From NCBI GenBank assembly GCA_963794365.1, contig CAWCDV010000018.1:20374-84373 (forward strand): DNA of 64,000 nucleotides, given 5' to 3'. Under the pieces are notes generated by a model, which was not told the DNA's origin, did no database searches, and saw nothing but the letters and a program-made list of their open reading frames with translations. The translations under genes were made by a program, and so were the position numbers. Each line of letters starts with the position of its first letter. The stretch's first letter is position 1. The stretch comes from an uncultured Acidobacteriaceae bacterium (GTDB lineage: Bacteria > Acidobacteriota > Terriglobia > Terriglobales > Acidobacteriaceae). Of the stretch, positions 42,162 through 50,407 are shown one piece after another.

Positions 42162-43601
42162 TCAGGCCGGAACGACCTCAGTTTCAGCGACTGCAGCCCG
42201 GCTTGGAGCCTGCGTATCTTCCAGAGCCGCTTCAACCAATGCAACGGGCATCGCCTTGTTCGGCTTCACACCCATCTCCTTCAGCATCTCGGCCTGTCGA
42301 ATCACGTTTCCGCGTCCACTACTTAGCTTCTTGTAGGCGCTGTCGAAGCTTACTCTAGCTTGTCGCAATCGGTCGTCAAGTTCACCGAGATCCTCAACGA
42401 ACCCGACGAGTTTGTTGTAAAGTTCGGCACCCCGATGAGCAATCTCCTGTACATTGCGCGCCTGATCCTCTTGCTGCCAGAGGTAGGCGACAGTGCGCAA
42501 AACAAAGAGGAGGGTGCTCGGGCTAACGAGTAGCACATTCTTGCTCCATGCCTCTTCCCACAAGCTGGTGTCCTGCGCCAATCCAACCGCGAAAGCCGAT
42601 TCAATCGGCACAAACATGATCACGAAATCCAGCGAATTTAAGCCGTAGAGGTTTTGATAGTCCTGGTCGTACAGTTCCTTCACGTGCCGATGCATGGAAT
42701 TCAGATGACGCCCAAGCGCGTCAGTTCGATCTGCCTCGTCGACAGCGTTTACATATCGTGTGTAGTCCGTTAAAGACACTTTCGAATCAATAATTAGGTG
42801 TCGTTCGCCGGGCAGATGGATGACAATGTCGGGTTGTCCCCGGTGGCCGTTTTCGCGCTGGTAGGACGGTCGGAGTTCATAATCACGGCCTTCGCGGAGA
42901 CCCGACGCTTCCAGCAGTCTCACTAAAATCATCTCTCCCCAATTCCCCTGCGTTTTCGCAGACCCCTTGAGAGCATTTGCAAGGCTCTGCGCATCTGCCG
43001 ATAGCTGCTGATTCAGCGCTGTCAGTTGGTTAACCTGCTCCCGCAGTGCTACCCGACCGTCGATCTCTTTGTCATGAACCTCCTCAACTTTGGCCTTAAA
43101 CTCATCGAGTTTCGTTTTGAAAGGTTCCAGGATCTGTCCAATATTATTGTTGTTTTGTTCCGTGAGCCGGACTGTTTTTTCCTCAAATATGTTGTTAGCC
43201 AGAGACGTGAAAGCGGTAGACAGCTGTTCTTTAGCTTCTTGCAAAAGGGTCAGTTTCTCCGCGGTCTGCGCCTGTTCAGCGGCGAGAGTGGCCTTCACTT
43301 TCGCTAGTTCGGCCTGGAGATTTTGCCTCTCATTTGTCAGTTCGTCGCATTTCTCTTCAAGGCCAGGGACGCGTTTGGCGCGTTCATCCAGATGGGCGCA
43401 TTCCTCTCGAGCAGCATTGAGCTGCTCTTGGCAACGCGCAGCTGCGTCTATTGCCGCTTGAGCGCGAGCGCGCATGAGGAACCACGTGGACACGATGCCA
43501 ATCGTTAATCCGACGAAAAGTCCTATCGCTTGGATAAAACCGAACAATTGTTGTCCCACTTTTTTTCTCCCGCTCGATGACGTTACGGAGTATCGGCCCA
43601 A
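42162..43601 (-). CDS. rmuC: DNA recombination protein RmuC
   Basis: 479-aa intact ORF. N-terminal TM, long coiled coil, then an RmuC domain (...GQPDIVIHLPGERHLIIDSKVSL...FVIMFVPIESAF...VLLVSPSTLL). Clearly lower GC than the flanks. Confidence 0.85.
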   Translation of the reverse strand: MGRYSVTSSSGRKKVGQQLFGFIQAIGLFVGLTIGIVSTWFLMRARAQAAIDAAARCQEQLNAAREECAHLDERAKRVPGLEEKCDELTNERQNLQAELAKVKATLAAEQAQTAEKLTLLQEAKEQLSTAFTSLANNIFEEKTVRLTEQNNNNIGQILEPFKTKLDEFKAKVEEVHDKEIDGRVALREQVNQLTALNQQLSADAQSLANALKGSAKTQGNWGEMILVRLLEASGLREGRDYELRPSYQRENGHRGQPDIVIHLPGERHLIIDSKVSLTDYTRYVNAVDEADRTDALGRHLNSMHRHVKELYDQDYQNLYGLNSLDFVIMFVPIESAFAVGLAQDTSLWEEAWSKNVLLVSPSTLLFVLRTVAYLWQQEDQARNVQEIAHRGAELYNKLVGFVEDLGELDDRLRQARVSFDSAYKKLSSGRGNVIRQAEMLKEMGVKPNKAMPVALVEAALEDTQAPSRAAVAETEVVPA

Positions 43602-44077
43602 CGAATCAACAATTGGTAGACTCCTTCGCAGGTGTACTCGGGGAAGTTAGTACAGAAGTATGTGGAGGTTACCGTTACTCGTGCGTAGGCGCTGTGACGG
43701 AACGCACCTAGGCGTGTGACGCGCCGAGGGCGGCCCTTCCAAGCTTCGCTTGGGCGGGGCCCTTGACTTTTTTCATCACAAACGCCCAGTGAGCACCATC
43801 ACAGACTCCCAACCGCCCGTCGGCGACAATGGAGATCGACCTGTAGCAGGGCCGAGGTGTGCCCGTCACCAAGACGCTCCTCGAAGCCGCCCCAGCCTCA
43901 CTAATCGGCGCTCTTTGAAAACACCAATTTGGGAAAATCAGCGGGCGTCAGCCCTCCGCCGGTGCCCCGAGAGAAGCGAAAAACGAGCTAAGTCATTGAC
44001 GAATAAATATTTTACCTCCAAGTCCTTTAAACTCAAAGATTTTGCGGGAATTTCCTCCTAACCCCATGATTCCACAC

Positions 44078-44102
44078 GGGAGGGGGGAGGGGGGGTGGGG
44101 GG
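44078..44102 (+). other. G-tract with quadruplex-forming potential
   Basis: gggaggggggagggggggtgggggg contains four or more runs of at least 3 G within 25 nt, inside a 640-bp gene-free stretch. Confidence 0.6.
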
Positions 44103-44194
44103 TACCCACGAGATAATGCCTCAAGGGTAAATAGGCAAAGATTACGCGAGAAGCGAACTCTGGAAACGAGCCACTATCCGCAGCGGACGGGTGG

Positions 44195-44225
44195 CCCATT
44201 CAAGCCCGATTTTAGCTTGAATGGG
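44195..44225 (-). terminator. 11-bp stem-loop downstream of mazF (terminator-like, no U-tract)
   Basis: cccattcaagc-ccgatttta-gcttgaatggg lies 19 nt past the mazF stop. Confidence 0.4.
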
Positions 44226-44243
44226 GCAGTTCGTTCCCATTAA

Positions 44244-44589
44244 CTAGTTTGAATCGCACCCCAGAGAGAACCGCAGAGCGGCACACACTTCATTCATTCG
44301 TGCGGAACTAAGCTGGGCCACACGTTTCCCCAGGCGCTGTTGCGACACCGTAACTGCATTGTGCAGGTTCACCGCGCACGGGGACTTCATGCCGTCCTCC
44401 TCATTCAGAACGACTTCCGATGGCACGCCGCGAATCGTGGAAGTGACAGGCGCAACCGTGACCGTGGATAGATACGCGATGGCGCTGTTGCGGGTGAGCA
44501 CGAGGGCCGGCCGTTTCTTGTCGGGCGCGGCAAACTGGTAGAGCCGAACCTCACCTCGGGCGATCGGCCTCGGCTATTCTTCCGGCCAC
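44244..44589 (-). pseudogene. mazF: MazF/PemK-family endoribonuclease toxin; start region out of frame
   Basis: Listed fragment 44244..44501 (…TVAPVTSTIRGVPSEVVLNEEDGMKSPCAVNLHNAVTV…). The same frame extends upstream as PIARGEVRLYQFAAPDKKRPALVLTRNS but has no start codon before the TAG at 44574. The nearest start, GTG 44589, is one frame off. Confidence 0.75.
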
Positions 44590-44809
44590 GTGGCCTCCGA
44601 TTCCCAACGCCCGCGCTTCCGCGTCGGCTTGCGAATGTCGCGAGTAGCCCTGGCGGTCGCGCTCTTCACTGGCTCGCAGTTCTAACCGGCGGAGATGTTC
44701 CCGCAGGGCGTCGCGCACCAGAGCGGACCGGTTTCGCCTGAGTGCGCTTCGCGGCTTGGTCGGCGGCGTGTAACAGCTTTTTATCCAGCACGATTTGAAC
44801 GATTTGCAT
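44574..44809 (-). pseudogene. mazE: RHH (CopG/MazE-like) antitoxin, one or two frame slips
   Basis: ATG 44809: MQIVQIVLDKKLLHAADQAAKRTQ, then after a slip RSALVRDALREHLRRLELRASEERDRQGY (frame of 44551..44952). A possible end WESEATWPEE-stop at 44574 lies in a third frame; otherwise the stop is at 44551. Confidence 0.65.
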
Positions 44810-44855
44810 ATGTGGAATCTATTCCACAGTATACTCCACATAGAAGACATTTCAA
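44810..44855 (-). promoter_or_regulatory. mazEF promoter with palindromic operator
   Basis: The minus strand reads TTGAAA-N16-TATACT, then TGTGGAATAGATTCCACA (18-bp palindrome) ending one base before the ATG. A third TGTGGA half-site lies just upstream of the -10 box. Confidence 0.6.
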
Positions 44856-45261
44856 AGCGGGTTGTTATATTCCAGGCGGACGGCTCCTCGCGCGGGTTCG
44901 GACGGGTGCCCCATTTCGCGTACTTTGCGAAAAGGGTGGCTGATGGGATCATCGGCTCACTCTACGGTCGAGGGGGCTGCGGGAGTCAGCGAAAGATCAC
45001 AAGTGGTGGGCGCAGAATCCCACCCTTCAAAAAACGAAGGGTGGGGCACCCGGCCGTCCGATGCAAACATTAAACACAAGGTCCCTCCACTCCGCAGATC
45101 ATCGCTTTCGCGATGATCTCCTCCGGTCGGGATGACAGAGTTGGGGAGATCTGCACAAAAGGCTCATGACCCCGGTAACTTTCCTTGGACACTAGAGTGC
45201 TTCAACATGTCAGGAAGGGCTTCCTTGCTCGCGCGAGCGGGGCGGGACGGCCCGGACAACA

Positions 45262-45309
45262 GAATCGGGACAATCGAGAATCGGGACGATCAAGAATCGG
45301 GACAACCAC
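45262..45309 (+). repeat. Three 16-nt direct repeats ending 1 nt before the start codon of the HD-GYP-like gene
   Basis: gaatcgggacaatcga / gaatcgggacgatcaa / gaatcgggacaaccac, then gATG at 45311. Confidence 0.8.
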
Positions 45310-45310
45310 G

Positions 45311-46219
45311 ATGAGTAAATTCGCCAAGGAAAGTATTCTGCTGCTATCGTTGTTCCTGATCGCGGCGACGGTGCAGTTCTATGCCGAGTCGCTGCCGATG
45401 GCGCTCTGCTTTTATTTCCTGCCGACTTTGTACTCGGCTTACTACTTCGGACGCCGGCACGCGACTCTCACCGCCTTCGCTTGCGTGTTCCTGGTCGTTC
45501 TGTTGGACTTTTTGAACAACCTGATACCTACACATAAGGTGCTGACGCTGCCCGGGGAGCGGCTCTTCAACTTCGCCATCTGGGCGGGAATTTTGGCGGT
45601 TGTCGGCTACGTGATGGGCACACTTTACGAGCGCAAGGAGGCGATGACCGCCGACATCCGGGAAAGTTTCAGCGGGCTGCTGCTGGTTCTGGAACACGTC
45701 ATGGCCAATGAGAAGCTCGGCAATAGTGAAAACCAGCGGGTGGTGCAGGCGTCGACCAGAATGGCCGAGGCGATGGGCCTGGGTTCGGATCGGGTCGAGT
45801 TGCTGCGGTCGGCGGTGTTGCTGCGGGATCTGAGCAAGCTCGGCATCAGCAACGACATTCTCTACAAGGCCGCGGACATGAGCCGCGACGAGGTGGTTGC
45901 CAGTTTCCGCAAGCCCCGCAAGGCCGATGCGCGCGCCCAGGCCGTCGGGAATGCGCTGCGGCGGGTGATTCCGATCATCGTCGCGCAGCAGATTTTGCAG
46001 GATCAGGGAGCGCGTTCGGTCAATGTTCCGATCGAGGCTCACATTCTGGCCGTGGCCGATGCCTACCAAAAATTGATCAGCGGCGCTGCCGGCAAATCTT
46101 TCTCGCCTCACCAGGCCGAAGAGGAGATTGTGGCGGGGGCTGGCCAGAAATTCCACGCCGGTGTTGTGGAGGCCTTTACCAAGGTTGTGGGCGGGCAAGC
46201 TAAGGGCGCGGGCGCATAA
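45311..46219 (+). CDS. Membrane-anchored protein with a degenerate HD-GYP-like domain
   Basis: 302 aa from ATG 45311, within ORF 45185..46219. Four hydrophobic helices precede a domain that aligns by eye to HD-GYP. It reads LLRDLSKLGISNDILYKA where the family has LLHDIGKIGIPD..IL.KP. Confidence 0.55.
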   Translation: MSKFAKESILLLSLFLIAATVQFYAESLPMALCFYFLPTLYSAYYFGRRHATLTAFACVFLVVLLDFLNNLIPTHKVLTLPGERLFNFAIWAGILAVVGYVMGTLYERKEAMTADIRESFSGLLLVLEHVMANEKLGNSENQRVVQASTRMAEAMGLGSDRVELLRSAVLLRDLSKLGISNDILYKAADMSRDEVVASFRKPRKADARAQAVGNALRRVIPIIVAQQILQDQGARSVNVPIEAHILAVADAYQKLISGAAGKSFSPHQAEEEIVAGAGQKFHAGVVEAFTKVVGGQAKGAGA

Positions 46220-46237
46220 AACCACGGCCAGATAAAG

Positions 46238-49221
46238 TTAACGAGGTGCGATTTCGGGCAGCGCCGAATTCTTCGATTCGGATTCCGGCCGGCTCGAGTG
46301 TTTTTCGCGCAAATCTTTTTCTCTCAGTTCTTTTTCTCGCAATTCTTTGTCTCTCAATTCTTGCCACATCGCCACCACTCTGGCTTTCAACTCGGAAGTC
46401 AGTTGCTCGTACGCGGCCTCGCTCGCCTCGCTCAGTGGCGGAGGTTGAATCGGCTTGCCGAATGCCAGTTGCAAATCGGTGAACTTGGGGAACTTTTCGT
46501 GACGCGGCCAGAATTCGTAGAAGCCCTCTATCGCGATCGGGACAATCGGGGCTTGCGTGTGAATCGAGAGGATCGCGGCGCCTTTGCGGAATAATCTCGG
46601 GTTGCCGTCGTTGGTGCGTTCGCCCTCGGGATAGAGGACGAGAATGTGTCCCTGGCTGAGGCCAAAAGCTCCGGCGCGCATGGCGGACACCAGATTCGCG
46701 TCGGGATCGAGGACCGCCACGCGCAGCCATCGCGCCAGCCGCCGCATAGAATCCCTTGCCGAAAATGTCGCTCGTGCCCAGCGCAAAGGTATCGCGAAAC
46801 AGGCGCCACGGCAGCGCCCCGGCCATCACCATCGGATCGATATAGCTCTGGTGATTCGAACAGAGCAGGAACGGGCCCTTTTGCGGGCAGATTTTCGAGT
46901 CCGCGCATTTTTAAGTGAAGGCGGTCGAGCGCGAAAAGATAAATCAATTTCCCCAGCAGGAAGAAAAAGACCTCGGCGAAAATATTGTGGCGCGCCAGTG
47001 CCAGGACCTCGGGATCGGTCACGGGCTCGCTGAAGATGGTCGACCAGGCCGGTGCTCCCGCGCTGGCTTGGCCCTCGCCGCGGCTGGCGCTGGCTAGAAC
47101 GGCATCGACCAGGTCGCGCACCGAATAAATTTCCGCCAACTGCGCCTCGGGCACTTCGCCGCCCAGCTGCTGCTCGAGCGCGGTCAGCAATTCAATGCGC
47201 TGCATGGAATCGAGCGCCAGATCCAGCTCCAGATTGTGGGTGGGACGAATCTGCTGCAGTCGGGTGCGCGAAGGCTCGCGCGACGATTCCCGAACTATGG
47301 CGAGGGCGCGCTTTACATCCTCCCGCTCCAGCCACGATTGCTCGTCGTCGGTTAGCGGTTTCTTTCTCCTTCTCCTTGCCCACGTCCGCATCGCCGCCGC
47401 CGTCGTTTTGTTTCAGCTCCCGAACCTTCTTCTCTATCTGGAAGCGCTTTAACTTGCGCGTCGTCGTGCGCGGCAGGTCTTCCTGCCAGATGTCGTAACT
47501 TCCCAGACGTTTGGTGGAAGCGATCTTGTGGGAGAGCGCTTCAATGTCGAGGCGGATCGCCTCTTTTGCGTTGACGATCTTGCGTTCGCGCAGCAGTTCA
47601 AAGTTGGGCACGACCACGGCATGCAGCCGCTCGGACGTCGGATCGCCGGGGCGCGCCTCCGCTGCCATCACGCAAATTTCTTTCACGGACTGCGCCCGGA
47701 GGTAGTGCGCCTCGATCTCCTCCGGATACACATTTTTTGCGTTGGCGAGCACGATGACTTCCTTGCGCCGCCCGGTGATGAATAGATTGCCGCCGGAATC
47801 GAAGTAGCCCAGATCGCCGGTGTAGAACCAGCCGTCGCGCAGCACCTCGGCCGTGGCCTCGGGGCGATTCCAATATCCCTTCATGACGATGGCGCCGCGG
47901 ATCGCAATCTCACCCACCGGCGGCGCGCCGTCTTCCATCGGTTGCGGGTCCACGGTCTTCTCTTCGACAGTCTTCTCTTCGACTATCTTCTCTTGGACAA
48001 TCTTGGCTTCGACCCCAGGAAAAGGCCGGCCGACCGAGCCAAATACAATGTGCGCCCGGAGGATTGAGGAAGGCGCCGCCTGATGGTTTCGGTCAGCCCG
48101 TAGGCGTTCAGAACGTCGATGCCAAAGGAGTAAAAATCGCGGGCGATGGCGGGATCGAATCGCGAACCGCCGGTTACCAGATAGCGCATGCGAGCGCCGA
48201 AGGTGGCGTGAATCTTTCCGAAGAAAAGTTTGCCCGCGTTGATATCGGACTCGGCGCAGCGCGCGGTTCAGCGCCATCAGCGTGCGCACCAGCGACAGCG
48301 TGAGCTTGCCGCGTTTGTGCAGTTCTTTGAAAATGCGCTCGTGAATCAGGTAAAAAAACTGGGGCACAACGCAAAACACGGTGATGTCGCGTTCCTGCAA
48401 AGCGCGCAGCAATTCGGTGGTGTTGAGCGTTTCCAGATAGACGACGCGCGCGCCATTGAATAGAGGCAGGAAAAGGTTGGCCATCTGCGCGAGGACATGA
48501 AACATGGGGAGAATTCCCAGCAGCGCATCCTCAGGACCAATCTTGACTGACCGCGAGCACGGAATTCGCCTCGCCGACGAGGTTGGCGTGGGTGAGCATG
48601 ACGCCCTTTGGATCGGCGGTGGTGCCCGAGGTGTAGAGCAGCGCCGCCAGGTCGTCCGCAGCGGGGACGATGGGCTGAAAGCCGGCGGGGCCGGCGGCGA
48701 AGATGGAATCGAGATCGGCGGCCAGAGCTGGTACTAGCTGGTCAAACCCGGGTGCCCCACTCATCGCGTTCTGTGCGATGAGTGGGATTCGGATGCCGGA
48801 GTTGCCGCGATCCTGTTCGGCCGCCGCTGACGTCATCACCAGACTTATGCCGAGTCCCTCGACCGCTTCCGCGGCCACCGGAAGATGCTTCACGTCGCAG
48901 AACAACAGGGACGCTCCGCTGTCGATCAACAACTTCTTCACCTGGTCGGCGTTGAAAGTCGGTGTCGAGCGGAACCGCCGTTCGGCCGGCGGCGATGATC
49001 CCTAAATATGCCGCCACCCACCGGGGATGGTTCGCCGCCAGAATCGCTACCCGCGCATCCCGTGGAACCCGAGTCGAGAGCCAGTTCGCGACGCTCTCCG
49101 ACATGCGCGTCAGTTCCGCGAAGGTGACACGCTCGACCGTCTGCTGGCGCTGGATCTCAAGGGCAATGTTGTCGGGGAACTTGCGGGCCGATTCCTGGAA
49201 TCGCTGGTAGAAGGTGGGCAT
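46238..49221 (-). pseudogene. Fusion of acyl-AMP ligase, carrier-protein domain and PlsC-type acyltransferase (Aas-like), frame-disrupted (at least 6 slips)
   Basis: MPTFYQRFQESARKFPDNIALE (48742..49269), [20 protein letters not shown] (48531..48941), GEIAIRGAIVMKGYWNRPEAT...WFYTGDLGYFD...RKLKR (47192..48505). PP-binding LDLALDSMQRIELL is in 46528..47391, NHQSYIDP (HX4D) in a neighbouring frame, and VLYPEGERT in 46238..46786. Confidence 0.7.
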
Positions 49222-49318
49222 GGTCTTAACGGGGAAGAATACAGGGAAGGGACAAGCCACGCCAATCATGGTCTAAGGCGCCCAGCTTTTGGCACCCGCT
49301 TTTGGTTGCCGATCGCAC

Positions 49319-49333
49319 TATAATCGTGTACAC
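49319..49333 (+). promoter_or_regulatory. Candidate -10 box and 8-bp palindrome upstream of the antitoxin array
   Basis: TATAAT at 49319-49324 is followed by cGTGTACAC at 49326-49333. No convincing -35 box was seen. Confidence 0.35.
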
Positions 49334-49342
49334 TGCATTCGT

Positions 49343-49437
49343 GTGAAATATTACTTTGAGTGCTGATACCCCTGCTATCGAACGTGGCCGAGAAGTGGCT
49401 CGTGACGAGAATCGGACGCTTAACGCGATAGACACAT
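49343..49437 (+). pseudogene. Truncated first copy of the RHH-like antitoxin gene (about 31 codons, with a slip after the start codon)
   Basis: gtgaaa-tattactttgagtgctgat... reads (V)K NITLSADTPAIERGREVARDENRTLNAIDT after a one-base slip. It aligns with MKNITFSADE...AREVARSEHKTLNDA of copy 3 and ends where copy 2 begins. Confidence 0.6.
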
Positions 49438-49658
49438 ATGAAGAACATCACTTTTAGTGCCGACGAAGCTGCCAAGAACGCGCCCGGGAAGTTGCTCGCA
49501 GCGAGCACCGGCCCCTGATCGATGCTTTCCGCGAATGGCTAATTCAGTACGGATCCCGTCGCGTGAGCGCCGCAGAGGTCACGGAACTTTACAACAGCCT
49601 CGGTCATGTGAACGCGGGCCGCAAGTTTACGCGCGACGAGATGAATGAGCGAAGATAA
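49438..49658 (+). pseudogene. Second copy of the antitoxin gene, single slip in a CCCGGG run
   Basis: 221 nt, one short of a multiple of 3. MKNITFSADEAAKNA | REVARSEHRPLIDAFREWLIQYGSRRVSAAEVTELYNSLGHVNAGRKFTRDEMNERR-stop. No toxin gene follows it. Confidence 0.7.
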
Positions 49659-49664
49659 GGCCAT

Positions 49665-49883
49665 ATGAAGAACATCACGTTTAGTGCGGATGAAATCAAG
49701 ATTGAACTGGCCCGCGAGGTCGCTCGCAGCGAGCACAAAACGCTGAACGACGCCTTCCGCGATTGGCTGGACTGGTATGGCTCCCGCATGGTGAGCCGCG
49801 CGGAAATAGAAGCGTTGTTTGAAAAACTCAAGTACGCCGATGCCGGGCGAAAGTTCACGCGGGACGAGATGAATGAACGTTAA
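49665..49883 (+). CDS. Third, intact copy of the antitoxin, partner of the PIN toxin
   Basis: 72 aa: MKNITFSADEIKIELAREVARSEHKTLNDAFRDWLDWYGSRMVSRAEIEALFEKLKYADAGRKFTRDEMNER. It overlaps the toxin start by 11 nt. Confidence 0.75.
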   Translation: MKNITFSADEIKIELAREVARSEHKTLNDAFRDWLDWYGSRMVSRAEIEALFEKLKYADAGRKFTRDEMNER

Positions 49884-50295
49884 GTGCTTTCTGGATACGA
49901 ACATCATCGTCTACGCCTTTGGTCAATCTTTTCCAGAAAAAGCCAAGATTGCCCAGCGACTGGTTACCGACGGTGCCGCCGACAAACAGGCGATCATCAG
50001 CTATCAAGTCGTTCAGGAGTTTATCAACGTTGCCTTGCGAGGATTTCGCCTCGCCATCGTCAAATCCGACCTGGAGTCGTTCGTGCTTACCGCACTATTC
50101 CCGATGATGGCGATCTCTTCGTCCCCTGCACTTGTGATTGAAGCCTTGCGGTTGCACGGTGAAACTCAACTTTCATGGTACGACGCCCTCATCGTTGTGG
50201 CGGCGCTGCAGGGCGGTTGCAAGATTCTTTACAGCGAGGACATGCAACACGGCCGCCGCTTCGGCGATCTGGTTATCCAGAACCCGTTTCTTTAG
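49873..50295 (+). CDS. vapC: PIN-domain toxin (VapC family)
   Basis: 140 aa with FLDTNIIVYA, QVVQEF, WYDALIVVAA and SEDMQHG, which supply the usual acidic PIN residues. Confidence 0.85.
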   Translation: MNVKCFLDTNIIVYAFGQSFPEKAKIAQRLVTDGAADKQAIISYQVVQEFINVALRGFRLAIVKSDLESFVLTALFPMMAISSSPALVIEALRLHGETQLSWYDALIVVAALQGGCKILYSEDMQHGRRFGDLVIQNPFL

Positions 50296-50407
50296 GTGGA
50301 TGTGTACCGGCGCTGTTCACGGTCCGTCCTTCGCCATCCCTGCCGCATCTAATGTGCTAGGCTTTACTGCATAGCTTGGGACGCGTGTCCTCTGAAGGAT
50401 TTCCGTT

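Noticed and set aside
43750-44061. 103-aa ORF in the gene-free stretch (also 43993..44199 on the minus strand)
   Set aside because: It has biased, proline/arginine/serine-rich composition, no start context and no motif. It is more likely non-coding.
49266-49907. Minus-strand ORFs 49266..49508, 49539..49907 and 49604..49858
   Set aside because: They lie antisense to the antitoxin array, and the plus-strand copies have clear family resemblance and a toxin partner.
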